From Mobula hypostoma (lineage: Eukaryota), in the NCBI RefSeq assembly GCF_963921235.1, contig NC_086101.1:6388001-6452000 (forward strand): a stretch of 64,000 nt of DNA, given 5' to 3'. Shown here piece after piece: positions 49,788 to 63,357 of this stretch; the first letter of the stretch is position 1, and the number at the start of each line of letters is the position of its first letter. The notes under the pieces are model-generated. The model did not search any database. It worked only from the letters and a program-made list of their open reading frames with translations, and was not told the DNA's origin. The translations under genes were made by a program, and so were the position numbers.

Positions 49788-51492
49788 CTGTCTTGTGCAG
49801 CACTCCATGTCAGTGCACTCAGTGGTGGGTGGGGGGCTTTGCTTGTGCTCTGCATCCACTTCTTTGGGTTAAATTTTCCATTCCTGGGCCTCGGTTCTAC
49901 CATACCAGACCATGCTGCAAACAGTCAGAATACTCTCCGGTGTGCATCTGGACCAGAGGGCTCATCCTCAGAATGCAAGGATGTCTCTCTCGAAGAGAGA
50001 TGAGGAGGAATTTGTTTAGCTGGAGAGTAGTGAATCTGTGGGATTCATTGCCACAGATGGTTATGGAGGCTAAGTAATTGGGTACAGTATGTTTAAAGCA
50101 GAGGCTAATAAGTTCTCGATTAGTAAGCGCATAAAATGTGGAGAGAAGGCAGGAGGATGGAGTTGAGAGGGGAAATAAATAATCCACTATTGAAAGGTAG
50201 AGCAGACTTGATGGGCTGAATGGCCTAATTCTGCTCCTATGTCTCATTGTCTTATGTCTGATCAACAAAGTAATCAGTCATGGAGAAGTTGAGAAACTGA
50301 GCCGAAATCTGTTGCCTTTGCCAGACCTGCAGTCCTGCCTGGCCAAGAGTACTTACCTCAACAATGGGCAACGTTTGCAGCTCACACTGACAAAACTTTC
50401 ATTTTCCTTTCTTTAGGGGAAGTGAATTCGTGGTACAATCCAATCCAAACCGTAAACTGATTTGGAAGAAGTGAAAGCAATGAAATTAGCTTTGTCTTTT
50501 GTCCTGCGCCCAGTCTGCAATAAAATTCTTTACTCACATGAAGTTTACTCACAGAGACTGTAATCTCCTGTCTATGCTAGCACCTTTCCTGTAATTCCAT
50601 GGGCTCTTACCTTGTTTAGCAGCCTCATATGTGGCACCTTGTCACACGCACATGAAAACATGTGTCATGTTTTGTGTCAATAACTATTGCAGTCCGAGGG
50701 TATGATGGAGGCAACCCACATGCTTTCAGCACCAACAGAGCATGCCCAGAATTTACTAATCCTAACTTTTCTATCTTTGGAATGTGGGATAAAACCAGAG
50801 CATCTGGGGGAAAACCACACAGTCACAGGTTGAACGTAAAACTCCTCACAGACGTGGTGGGAATTGAACTTAGATCAACTGGCACTGTAGTAGCATTACG
50901 CTAACCAATCTGCTAGCCATGCCACTTGATTTGATTGAGTGTAGGGAACAACTCCCATAGCCACAGAAGAAATATTGTGGCTCATTTGAATTGGTCCAAT
51001 ATTGACAATGCTATCTGCCGTCTGGACCTAGCCTGGTGTTTCAGCCTGGTTTACAGTCTACCCCCTGCCCCACACCGCCTCGTTTCCAGCCATGGTGATA
51101 AACCTTCGCCCACTTGAAGGTGCCGTACCTGCTCGGTCCGCTGAGTCCTTTAGAAGATTGTGAAATCTATAGGTCATTAAATTGATTTAAAAGTACACTG
51201 CTTGAAGGGAACTTACATGCTGCAGACTGCTGTGATAGCAACCCAGAAGATGCATGCTTAGGTATTGTACGTAGCCCGCAGAACATCTCCGTGGTTCATC
51301 GGCGCAATCAGGCAAGTCACTTCGGATTGGCAACGACATCTCCACAGTCCCCGTCAGCACAGGAGCAGCAGCACGCTGTGCGCTCAGACCCCTGTTCCAG
51401 TCGCTTTACACTTATCACTGTGTGGCTAAGCACAGCTCCAATGCCTGTTCAGTGTCATGGGTCATTATCAAAGGTGGTGATGAATCAGCATA

Positions 51493-52172
51493 TTAGATTA
51501 GATTAGATTATGAGGACACGCAGTCCTCTTTCATTGTCATTTAGTAATGCATGCATTAAGAAGTGATACAATTTGTTCCTCCAGAATGATATTACAGAAA
51601 CACAAGACAAACCAAGACTAAAAAAAACTGACAAAAACCACATAATTATAACATATAGTTACAACAGTGCAAGCAATACCGTAATTTGATAGAAGAACAG
51701 ACCATGGGCACAGTAAAAAAAAGTCTCAAAGTCTCTCGAAAGTCCCATCATCTCACGCAGATGGTTGAAGGAAGAAGACTCTCCCTGCCATGAGCTTCCA
51801 GCGCCGCAAACTTGCCGATGCAGCATCCTGGAAGCACCCGACCACAGCCGACTGTTGAGTCCGTCCGAAAACTTCGAGCCTCCGACCAGCTCTCCGACAC
51901 CGAGCACAGAACACCATCTCCGCTGAGCGCTTCGACCCCAGCCCCGACAACAGGCGATACGCAAAGTCGAGGATTTGGGGCCTTCCCCTCTGGAGATTCT
52001 CGATCGCACAGTAGCAGCGGCAGCGAAGCGGGCATTTCAGAAGTTTCTCCAGATGTTCCTTCGTGCTTCTCACAGCTGTCTCCATCAAATCAGAATTGTG
52101 CACGTTATCCTACTTCACAAACACGATATCAATTTGGAGCGGCCGCGCGCGCTGCTTCGAGCCGCCATCTTC
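51493..52172 (-). mobile_element. CpG-rich non-coding retroposon nested in a Rex1-type LINE
   Basis: Begins AAGATGGCGGC, ends (TCTAA)n; flanks rejoin as Rex1-like coding sequence. Confidence 0.65.
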
Positions 52173-52184
52173 TCCTTTCCTCCA

Positions 52185-52850
52185 ATATGGGAAGGAGATT
52201 GAAAATCTGGCTGAGTGGTGCCAATAACAACAACTTCTTAGTCAATGTCAGCAAGACCATGGAGCTGATTATCAACTTCAGGACAAGGAAACCTGAGGTC
52301 CACGAGTCAGTTCTCGTCAGAGGATCAAAGGTGGAGAGGTCAGCAACTTTAAATTCCTTGTAGTTATTATTTTAGAAGACCTTTCCTAGGCCCAGCATGT
52401 ACCTACAATTACGAAGAAAGCATGGCAGTGCCTCTACATCCTTAGGAGATTGCGAAGATTCAGCATGACGTTTAAAACTTTGACAAACTTCTACAGAAGT
52501 GTGGTAGAAAGTATATTGACTGGCTGCATCACAGCCTGGTATAGAAACACCAATGCCCATGAACATAAAATCTGACAAAAAGTAGTGAATACGGCCCAGT
52601 CCATCATGGGTAAAGCCCTCCCCACCATTGAGCACATCTACATGAAATGCTATTGCAGGAAAGCAGCATCCAACGTTGGGGATTCTCACCACCCAGGATG
52701 TGTTCTCTTTTCGTTGCTGCCACCAGTAGGAAGGCACAGAAGCTTCAGGACTCAACCACCAGGTTCGAGGACAGTTATTACCTCTCAACCACCGGGCTCT
52801 TGAAGCAGAGTGAATAACTTCACTCAACTTCACTTGCCCCATCGCCAAAC
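52185..52850 (+). mobile_element. Rex1/Babar-type LINE 3' fragment
   Basis: NVSKTMELIINFR; SILTGCITAWY; DSHHPG. Confidence 0.78.
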
Positions 52851-54469
52851 CGTTTCCAAAATCTGAAATGAAATGAAATATCTTTATTGTCATTGCATAG
52901 TACAATTTGTCATGCACCAATACAGCGAAAATGAGTTTGCAACTCCCATACTCAATACTATAAAACAACAAAGAAAATAAATAAACAATAAATAAAATCA
53001 AGTAACCAGTCAGTACAGCCAGCAACCATAAAATGAGTGGATTCCAGTGGAACCTATGGACTCACTTTCAAGGACTCTTCATCTCATGTTCTTGATGTTT
53101 ATTTATTTATAGATTATTATTTCTTTCTTTTTGTATTGGCACTGCTTGTTGTGTTTTGCACGCTGTTTGATTGCCCAGTTGGTGCGGTATGTCATTGATT
53201 CCTCAATGGTTATTATTGTATTAAGGATTTATTGAGAAACATAGAAACATAGCAAACCCTACAGCACAATACAGGCCCTTTGGCCCACGATGCTGTGCCA
53301 AACATGTACTTACTTTTGAAATTACCGAGGGTTACCCATAGCCCTCTATTTTCCTAAGCTCCATGTACCTATCCAGGAGCCTCTTAAAAGACCCTATCGT
53401 ATCCACCTCCACCACCGTCGCCGGCAGCCCATTCCATTTACTCACCACTCTGCGTAAAAAACTTACCCCTAATATCTCCTCTGCACTTACTCCCAAGCAC
53501 CTTAAGACTATGCCCGCAAGAAAATGAATCTCAGGGTTGAATGTGGTGACATATCTGTACTTTGATAATAGATTTACTTTGTACTTCTTATTGTGATTTA
53601 CAGTTTTAATATTATGTATTGCAATGTACTTCAGCAGCAAAACAACAAATTTTACGACATATGCCGGTGATATTAAACATGATTCTGATTCTCATCTTAA
53701 AGTCATTTTAGTGTAAAGTGATCAAAGTGGTAGGAGTGTTGATAAACAGCAGCAATTAGGAATTAGCCTGAAGTCAAGTCCTAAAAGTGCTGGAAATCTG
53801 AGACAAACCAGGTAAATTCTGGAATTTAGTCAGCAGGTCAGGGACTATCTGGAGACAGAAACTGAACAAACATTTCCGATTACACACACAAGATGCTGGT
53901 GGAACGCAGCAGGCCAGACAGCATCCATAGGAAGAAGCACAGTCGACGTTTCAGGCCGAGACCTTGTGTTTTTAAACATTTCAGATTGATGAGTTTTTAT
54001 CAAATCTTTAGCCTTGTAGCATTTATAACCTGGTGCTCCCGACAGTGCAAGGTTCACACACTGTGAGGGAAAATGAACACCATAAATCTAGCTATTCCAA
54101 ACTAACTTCATCTAACCCTGCTGACCTGAGAAAATACAGGTTCCTTTTGTGGTGTCGGAGTTTCACGGTACTGGTGGTGCATGTGTGCTTCAAAGTCCAA
54201 GTCAATTTATTATCAAATGATAAAAATATTATCAAGAAATAATAACAACAGCAATAATAATGAGACGATTTATTAACAGCTTCTTCCCCTTTGATATCAG
54301 ATTTCTGAATGGACATTGAACCCATGAATACTACCTCCCTACCTTTTCATAGTCAACAAATTTTACGACATATGCCAGTGAGATTAAGCAACACTCACAA
54401 CACGCTGGAGGAACTCAGCAGGTCAGGCAGCATCCGTGGAAACGATCAGTCGACGTTTCGGGCCGGAAC

Positions 54470-55074
54470 ACTGAGTCACACTGAGGCTGTCTACAAGAAG
54501 GATCAGAGCCGTCTCTATTTCCTGAGGAGACTGAGGTCCGTTAACATCCGCCGGATGATGCTGAGGATGTTCTACGAGTCTGTGGTGGCCAGTGCTATCA
54601 TGTTTGCTGTTGTGTGCTGGGGCAGCAGGCTGAGGGTAGTAGACACCAACAGAATCAACAAAGTCACTCGTAAGGCCAGTGATGTTGTGGGGATGGAACT
54701 GGACTCTCTGACAGTGGTGTCTGAAAAGAGGATGCTGTCTAAGTTGCATGCCATCTTGGACAATGTCTCCCATCCACTACATAATGTACTGGGTGGGCAC
54801 AGGAGTACATTCAGCCAGAGACTCATTCCACCGAGATGCAACACAGAGCATCATAGGAAGTCATTCCTGCCTGTGGCCATCAAACTTTACAACTCCTCCC
54901 TTGGAGGGTCAGACACCCTGAGCCAATAGGCTGGTCCTGGACTTATTTCCTGGCATAATTTACATATTACTATTTAATTATTTATGGTTTTATTACTATT
55001 TATTTATTTATGGTGCAACTGTAATGAAAACCAATTTCCCCCAGGATCAGTAAAGTATGACTATGACCATGACT
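54470..55074 (+). mobile_element. Young Rex1/Babar-type LINE 3' fragment inserted into a Penelope pLTR
   Basis: QSRLYFLRRLRS...FYESVVASAIMFAVVCWG open frame; (ATGACT) tail; possible TSD AAC. Confidence 0.88.
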
Positions 55075-55372
55075 AACCCTTCATCAGGACTGAAGAGGGA
55101 AGGGGCAGAGGCCTTACAAAGAAGGTGGGAGGAGGGTGGGAAGGAGAAGGCTGGTAGGTTCCAGGTGAAAAACCGGTAAGGGGAAAGATTAAGGGGAAAG
55201 ATAAAGGGGTGGGGGAGGGGAGGCAGGAAGGTGATAGACCAGAGAGATTGAACCTGATTCTGAAGTGAGTCCATAGGTTGTGGGTTGTGCAAATGATATG
55301 TAAGGATATGTGGGTTTGCATTTCACATGAGGATTTATAAATGATGCCCCTCTGCAGTGTTCATAAAACATA

Positions 55373-55465
55373 TGCTCCAGGTGAGGCTTGAACTCACAAC
55401 CTCAGCATTGCCCACATTGTACTGCTGTATAAGTACCGCGTGCTAACCGATTGCGCCACTGGAGC
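55373..55465 (-). tRNA. tRNA-Ile(TAT) with 19-nt intron (55409-55427); possibly a decaying copy
   Basis: GCTCCAGTGGCGCAATCGGTTAGCACGCGGTACTTATA-[CAGCAGTACAATGTGGGCA]-ATGCTGAGGTTGTGAGTTCAAGCCTCACCTGGAGCA; intron at the canonical 37/38 position; TTTT terminator at 55365-55368. Confidence 0.9.
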
Positions 55466-56009
55466 CCTGACTAGCAGAGCCATCATTAAGGACCCAGTTG
55501 CCCAGAAAATGCCCTCTTCTCATTGCTGCCATCAGGGAGGGGATACAGGAGCCTGAAAACACGCACTCAGCTTTTCAGAAACAGCTTCTTCCCCTCCGCC
55601 ATCAGATTTCTGAATGGACAGTGACCCTTGAAAACTATCTCAGTATTTTTTTCACTTTTTTTGCACTATTTATTTAACATATTTTAATATATTATATAAT
55701 ATCTATATGTTATAGTTAATATATACATTAAAATATTATATATATGAAACATGTGGACATATGGATGCTGCTTTCCTGTAACAGCGTATTATATATGAAA
55801 CACATATATATAATACACTGTTTCAGGAAAGCAGCATCCATCGTCAGTAACCCCAACCACACAGGACACGTGCTCTCTTCTTGCTGCTGCCATCAGGAAG
55901 AAGGTACAGGAGCCTCAGGACCCACATCACCAGGTTCAAGAACAGTTATTACCCTCAACCATCAGGCTCTTGAACAAGAGGGGAGAACTTCACTCAAATT
56001 CACTTTCAC

Positions 56010-56946
56010 AGTCACAGTCATAGTCATAGTCATACTTTACTGATCCCGGGGGAAATTACAGTTGCACCATAAATAATAAATAGTAATAGAAAATAGTAAT
56101 AAATAGTTAAATAGTAATATGTAAATTATGCCAGTAAATTATGAAATAAGTCCAGGACCAGCCTATCGGCTCAGGGTGTCTGACCCTCCAAGGGAGGAGT
56201 TCTAAAGTTTGATGGCCACAGGCAGGAATGACTTCCTATGACGCTCTGTGTTGCATCTCGGTGGAATGAGTCTCTGGCTGAATGTACTCCTGTGCCCACC
56301 CAGTACATTATGTAGTGGATGGGAGACATTGTCCAAGATGGCATGCAACTTAGACAGCATCCTCTTTTCAGACACCACCGTCAGAGAGTCCAGATCCATC
56401 CCCACAACATCACTGGCCTTACAAATGAGTTTGTTGAGTCTGCTACCCTCAGCCTGCTGCCCCAGCACACAACAGCAAACATGATAGCACTGGTCACCAC
56501 AGACTCGTAGAACTTCCTCAGCATCGTCCGGCAGATGTTAAAGGACCTCCGTCTCCTCAGGAAATAGAGACGGCTCTGACCCTTCTTATAGACAGCCTCA
56601 GTGTTCTTTGACCAGTCCAGTTTATTGTCAATTCGTATCCCCAGGTATTTGTAATTCTCCACCATGTCCACACTGACACCCTGGATGGAAACAGGGGTCA
56701 CCGGTGCCTTAGCTCTCCTCAGGTCTACCACCAGCTCCTTAGTCTTTTTCACATTAAGCTGCAGATAATTCTGCTCACACCATGTGACAAAGTTTCCTAC
56801 CGTAGCCCTGTACTCAGTCTCATCTCCCTTGCTGATGCATCCAACTATGGCAGAGTCATCTGAAAACTTTTGAAGATGACAAGACTCTGTGCAGTAGTTG
56901 AAGTCCGAGGTGTAAACGGTGAAGAGAAAGGGAGACAAGACAGTCA
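56010..56946 (-). mobile_element. Young Rex1/Babar-type LINE RT/3' fragment
   Basis: LSPFLFTVYTSDF, KFSDDSAIVG, LNVKKTKELVVD. Confidence 0.9.
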
Positions 56947-57239
56947 CTGAACTGTTCCCATAACCAATGTGCTCACTTTCAAGGACCCTTCATCCCATGT
57001 TCTCAATATTTATTGTTTATTTATTATTTTTATTATTATTATTATTATTTCTTTTTGTATTTGCACACTGAACACACTGGTTGAGTGTTCAATTTGGTGT
57101 GGTCTTTCATTGATTCTATTATGGTTATTGGATTTACTGAGTATTCCCACAAGAAAATGAAACTCAGGCTTGTACATGGTGACATATATGGTCTTTGCTG
57201 ACAAATTTACTTTAATCATAAACTTACTTTGAACTTTGC

Positions 57240-57700
57240 CTTTTTTGAGGTATCACGTTTTGAAGGTGCTCTGGATGCTGGGGAGGCTACTGCCCATGAT
57301 GAAGTTAGCTGATTTTACAACTTTCTGCGGTTTATTCCGATCCTGTGCAGTGGCCCCTCCATACCAGACACTGATACAGCCAGTTAGAATGCTCTCCATC
57401 TGTCGAAATTTGTGAGAGTCTTTGGTGACATACCAATTCTCCTCAAACCTCCCAATGAAATATAGCCACTGCTGTGTCTTCTTTGTATTTCTTTGTGTCT
57501 TCTATGATAGATCCCAATGACGCTGACACCCGGGAACTTGAGACAGCTCACCTTTTCCACTCCTGACCCCTCAATGAGGACTGGTGTGTGTTCCCTCGAC
57601 TTCCCCTTCTTGAAGTCCACAATCAATCTGACGTTGAGCGCAAGGTCGTTACTGCTCAACAAGCTGATCTATCTCGCTCCTGTATGCCTCCTCATCACCG
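57240..57700 (-). mobile_element. Rex1/Babar-type LINE fragment
   Basis: LIVDFKKGK...VEKVSCLKFPGV. Confidence 0.7.
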
Positions 57701-60219
57701 GTATTCGAATTCAGATTTATTGATTTATCACGTATACATCAAAACCTACAGTGAAATGCATCGTTTGCAAGGACTCGCTGATGATAGGGCCTTCAACTCC
57801 AGACACACACATCCATGTCACTGGACCCATCTCCAGGAAAGCCGTGCTGGATGGGCAGAGAGTCCAGAAGTGGAATGAGAATGATTCTGGGGATGAAAGG
57901 GTTAATGTGTGGGCAGTATTTAATGGCTCTGGACCTGATTAGAAGAATGAGGGTGAATCTCATTGAAACCACACGTTCTGACATCAGCACAGCAGGCCCA
58001 CGACGCTCAGCCGAGCCACACAAGCAACAGAAACAATAACAAGACCAGACAAGACAACGGCAAAACAAGCCACACACTCACACACACACACCCTCAATCC
58101 CCGGGACAGGCTGCCTGTGGGTCCCGATTCTCAGACGCTCAGATATCAAGTTTCCGGCTTCTCCCCTGAATGCCAGTCACAGGTTTGACCTTCGGGCCTT
58201 GACTTCTGAATCATCGTGGACTTTGTTCTTTGCACGTTCCCTGTAAATGTTTGCTCTCTGTTCGTAACACCACAATGTACTTTCGTATGGAATGGTTTGT
58301 CTGGATGACTGTACCTTGGTAAATGTGACAATAATCAATAACGTCCTGATGAAGGGTCTCAGTCCGAAACATTCATTTCCTTAGATGCTGCCTGACTCGC
58401 TGAGTTCCTCCAGCATTTTGTGTGGGTTGCTTTGGATTTCTAGCACCTGCAGATTTCCTGGTGTAATTAATAAATTGTTTATAATTAATACCTACAAAAT
58501 CCTCGATAAACTCAAGCCAGGCAGCATCTACGGAGAGAAACAAGCAGCTGACATTCTGTCCCGAGGCCCTTCATTAGGACACAGTCTGAAAGGTGGACTG
58601 TTTATTCCCCTCCATAGATGCTGCTGAGTTCCTCCAACATTTTCTATGTGTGTTGCTCAGGGTATGTTTTTTTCAATTTCCAGCATCTGCAAAATCGCTT
58701 GTGTTTACAATCACTATCTGCTCTGATTGCAGCAGGAATCTGCGTCCCCTTCATTGGCTCCATCAGGCTCCTCAGATCACACAGAGCCAGAGTAGGAGCA
58801 AGGCCCTTAACCTCAGGCTTCTGCTGATAAATGCATTTCTCGTCTTGGTTTCCAGTGACATTGCTCAGGTGCTGGTTAAAAATGAGGCCACCATTAATTG
58901 TCACTCCAAGATAACACAGCAGTTACCACATGGATTTTTCTATCACAAGGGCACCTTGTAATGCAGGATATGGAGTCACAGACCGACCACAGCCCTTCAG
59001 TCCCACACTGAATCAAGATACCCTCGTCCCATTTGCCGGCATTCGACACATAACTTGGTAAACCTTTCCCATTCATAACTTCCCAAACCTTTCCCATACC
59101 TGTCCGAGTGGCTTTTGGAACTTGTTACTGTACCTGCCTCAACCAATTCTGCTGGCAGCTCAGTCCACAGGGGGCATCACAAGGGCCTAGCGGGTAGTTC
59201 AGAGTTCAATTCCGACACTGTCTGTGAGAGTCTGTACGTCCTCCCTGTCAACATATAGGTTTCTGCCAGCTGCTCCACATTCGAGAGATGTACCAGTTGG
59301 CAGCATAATTGGTCATTGTGAACTGTCCTGTGGTTGGTCATTGTGAACTACCCTGTGACTAGGTGAGGTTAAATAGGTGGGCTGCTGGGTGCAAGGGCCT
59401 CTCCCATGCTGTATTCCTAAAATAAATAAATAAACAAATAAACAAAATACTGACCAGTCTCTGTGTAAAAGGTAAAGATTAGCTTTGATGGTCACATGTA
59501 CATTTATACACCAAAACATACAGTGAAGTGTGTCATTTGCATCATTGCTTCTCTGATTGGAGGCCACAAGTGTCGACACACATGTGGTGCCAATGTGGCA
59601 TGCCCACAGCTCAGTAACCCTAACGCGTATGCCTTTGGAACCGTTGTTGTGGTGAAAACACATGTCACAACATATGCCACTGATATATAAGGCTGGTTCT
59701 GATTCTGAAACCGACAAGATCGCAGGGAGAATGTATAAACTCCATACAGACAGTGTCCTGAAACCTGCGGGCCTCTGTGGCTTGTCATGGAGTTTTGAAC
59801 TTCTTGGTTTCTTGAGCACAGTAATTACTAATTGTTATCTTAATGAGAGCCGTTAAGCCCGGGTGCTTTCAGTTTAGTCTTATCAAGTTAATTGTGACTG
59901 GCAGGGGCTTCCCCGATTCTACCACAAACAAGGGAAAATCTGCAGTTGCTGGAATTCGAAGCAACGCACATAAAATGCTGGAGGAACTCAGCAGGCCAGG
60001 CAGCATCGATGGAAAAATTGGCCGAGGGGTTTCTGCTCAAAACGTCGACTGTAATTTCGAGTGTATTTCCTGGGTTCGACGATTATTGTCAGAGACTCTT
60101 GTTTTGTGCTGCAGCAGAGTCCATATGTTTATGAAGAATGATTCAGTCGTGCCTCTAATGCTCAATTGGTCCTCCTATCTCTAACCTCCAAATTCAATCT
60201 CTTCATGGGGAGTTTGCTG

Positions 60220-60630
60220 TTCCTCCGCTCCAGGGCCGAGTCGTCAGTGCTCACCGAGACATAATCTACCATTCCTCCACTCCTGGGCCGAGTCATTGTC
60301 AGCGCTCACCGTGACAGAATCTGCCGTTTCTCCACTCCTGGGTTGAGTTGTTGTCAGTGCTCACCATGACAGAATCTACCATTCCTCCACTCCTGGACTG
60401 AGTCATTGTCAGCGCTCATCGTGACAGAATCTGCCGTTTCTCCACTCCTGGGTTGAGTTGTTGCCAGTGCTCACAGTGACAGAATCTGCCGTTTCTGCAC
60501 TCCTGGGCTGAGTCATTGCCAGTGCTCACAGTGACAGAATCTGCCGTTTCTCTGCTCCAGGGCTGAGTCATTGCCAGCGCTCATCGTGACAGAATCTGCC
60601 GTTCCTCCACTCCTGGGTCGAGTCATTGTC
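60220..60630. repeat. 55-bp minisatellite, ~7.5 copies
   Basis: CCACTCCTGGG..GAGTCATTGTCAGCGCTCACCGTGACAGAATCTGCCGTT; 55-bp period. Confidence 0.93.
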
Positions 60631-61299
60631 TACTTTCTAAGAAAGTAGCAGTGCTGTTGTGCCTTCTTTACGGGTTTGTGTCAGGACAGATCACCTGAGA
60701 TGATAACACCAAGGAATTGAAAGCAACTGACACTCTTCACCTTCGTTACCCTAATGAGGACTGGCTCAGGGATCTCCAGTTTCCTCCTCCTGTGGCAGAT
60801 AATTAACTCGTAAAACTGAGTGACACCACTCAACCATATTTTGCATTTTGCTCCAATATGCAAATTCATCACCACCTTTGATTTGGCCAGCAGCAGTCAG
60901 CAAACTTTAATTCAGCATCGGAATTGTGCTGAGCCACACAATCATAGGTATAAAGCGACCAGACCAGGTTCAGGAACAGTTATTACCTGAGCACCACCAG
61001 GTTCTGCAACCAAGGTGCAAGATTCAAGACTGTTCAATGTCATTTCCAGTACACAAGTGTAAAGGAGAAAAAATCTGTTACTCCGATCCAATGCAGCACA
61101 AAAATCACAACGACATAAAGAACATTTTCATAAAAAACAATATAAATATAAATACATAAGATAGTTTCTACAACATAAAGATTAATTGTATGTCCATAAA
61201 GTGACGCTAGGCACAGGAGTGTCTCTATATAAGGCGATTCTGACAGGAACTGACAAAGTACTGAAGGTTGGGGGTGCGGAGGGGCGGGTCAGTGGGTGG

Positions 61300-62105
61300 A
61301 GGTGCTGATCAGCCTTACTGCTTGGGGAAATGTCTGTTCTGAGTCAGGTGGTCCTGGTGTGGATTGTATGTAACCCCTTCTTTGATGGGAGTGGGACAAA
61401 AAGTCCATGGGCAGCGTAGGTCTGATGTTATTGGTGTTCATGGTGTTATTGGCCCTTTTCCAGCACTTTTCTGTAAATATGTCCTTGATGGCAGGTAGGC
61501 TGGTGCTGATCCTGCGTTTGGGCAGCTTTGAAACTCCTGCCCTGAATCTCCTGCCCTGAAACTCCTGCCCTGAATCTCCTGCCCTGAATCTCCTGCCCTG
61601 AATCTCCAGCCCTGAAACTCCAGCCCTGAAACTCCAGCCCTGAAACTCCAGCCCTGAAATTCCAGCCCTGAAACTCCTGCCCTGAATCTCCTGCCCTGAA
61701 ACTCCTGCCCTTCCTTCCTTTCACCCCAGTGTTGTTTCCGTACCACGCAGCGATGAGGCTTGCTCGGATGCTCTCCACTGTGCATCTGTAGAATGATGTG
61801 AGTGCCAATGTCAGAGTATAGTCCGGCTCGCTGCAGCCTCCCCAGAAAGGGAACCTTTCCTGACTGTGTGTAGGATGTGTTCTGGGACCATGAGAGGTTG
61901 CGCAAGATGCGCACCCCAGGAGTTTGAAACTGCTCACTGTTTCTACCACTGTTCGTCCGTGTAAAGAAGGTTGTGAGTGGTGTAAGTTCTCCTGCAGTCG
62001 ATAATCATCTCCTTTACCTTGGTGACGTTGAGGAAGAGGTTACTTGCCTGGCACCAGGACTCGAGCGCTCCCATCTCCTCTCTGTAGGCCATCTCATCAT
62101 TGTCA
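61300..62105 (-). mobile_element. Rex1/Babar-type fragment containing a 14-bp repeat expansion (61529-61710)
   Basis: FYRCTVESI...AAWYGN; unit CTCCTGCCCTGAA(A/T), ~13 copies. Confidence 0.75.
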
Positions 62106-63357
62106 CCAGTGTAGATAAGCTGACACCTTTATACTGAACAGATTCCACAACCTATGGACTCACTTTCAAGGATTCTACAACTCTTGTTGTAAAAATTATC
62201 TATTTATTTATTAATTACCTGTTTTGTATTTAAACAATTTATCATCCTTTATGCACAGGATGCTTGTCCACCTTTGTGTGCGGTTTTTATTGATTTCTTT
62301 GCATCCACTGTGAATGCCCACAAGGAAATGTCTAGAGCCGGGGTCTAAGCACTTAGATTTGTCGTGCAGCTGTGCTGATGCAGATTGCAGAGGAGATGGT
62401 GTTGCCAACCCAGTCTGGCTGGGGTCTGACAGTGAGGAAATTGAGGACGCAGTTGCACAGGGAGGTATCCAGGTCTTTGAGCTCAGTAATGAATTTCGAT
62501 GGGATGAAAGTGTTGAATGTTGAGCTGTCTTCCACAGCTCTATGATGAGCTCAGAAGGAGTTAATTTTTAAATTTTTGGATAATTGTTATGGTTTTATTT
62601 CCCACTTCTGCTTGCTACAGCTCACTTCCACCGAACAGTTCTAGCCCTGTGGTCATGTCTGAAAATGAAGCCTACTTTCGACACTTGAGGTGGAGGAGCT
62701 CTCTTGGTGCATCAGCTCGGCAGTAGGGAAGGCACAACAGCAACTGTACTACATAAGGTGCTTCAGGAGGGCTGATCTGCCTCAAAAGTTGCTGGCCAGT
62801 TTCTATCAATGTGCGATAGAGAACATATGGAATGACAGTGTGGAACTCTAGTCTGATCACAAAGCACTCCAATGGGTGTGTAGGACAGTTCCGCATATCA
62901 TTGGGACTGGAAACAATCTATAGCTCTCGATGTCAACAGCATGCTTGTTGCATCATTAAAGACCCATCCCAATGTCTGCTCAAATTCCTGCCGTCTGGTA
63001 GGAGATACAGAAACATCTCAGCCAAGGAATAATGCTATACTCAGACCTGCCAATGGCCTTTGAGTGTTAAGCTCTTTCAAAGTCAATTGTTTAAAGTTCA
63101 AAGTACATTTATTATTAAAATATGTATACATTATACAACTTCGAGATTCATCTCCTTACTGGGGGCTACAAAAGAAGAAACCCACATGAACCCATTAAAA
63201 AAAAATCCAACAAACGCCCAATGTGCAGATAGAAAGAGAAAACAAATTGTGCAAACAATAAAAGCAAGCAAACAGCATTCAGAGAGTCCATAGATATGAA
63301 GCCCAGAGCAGCCTGAGCAGGCCACAGCTTCAGTCTCAGTTCAGTACATAGCAGGGT

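Noticed and set aside
58343..58372. Hammerhead core CTGATGA...GAAAC as an active ribozyme
   Set aside because: The GTC site and the 3' strand of stem I are lost; copies at 44345, 53940, 58555 and 60035 are also mutated or truncated
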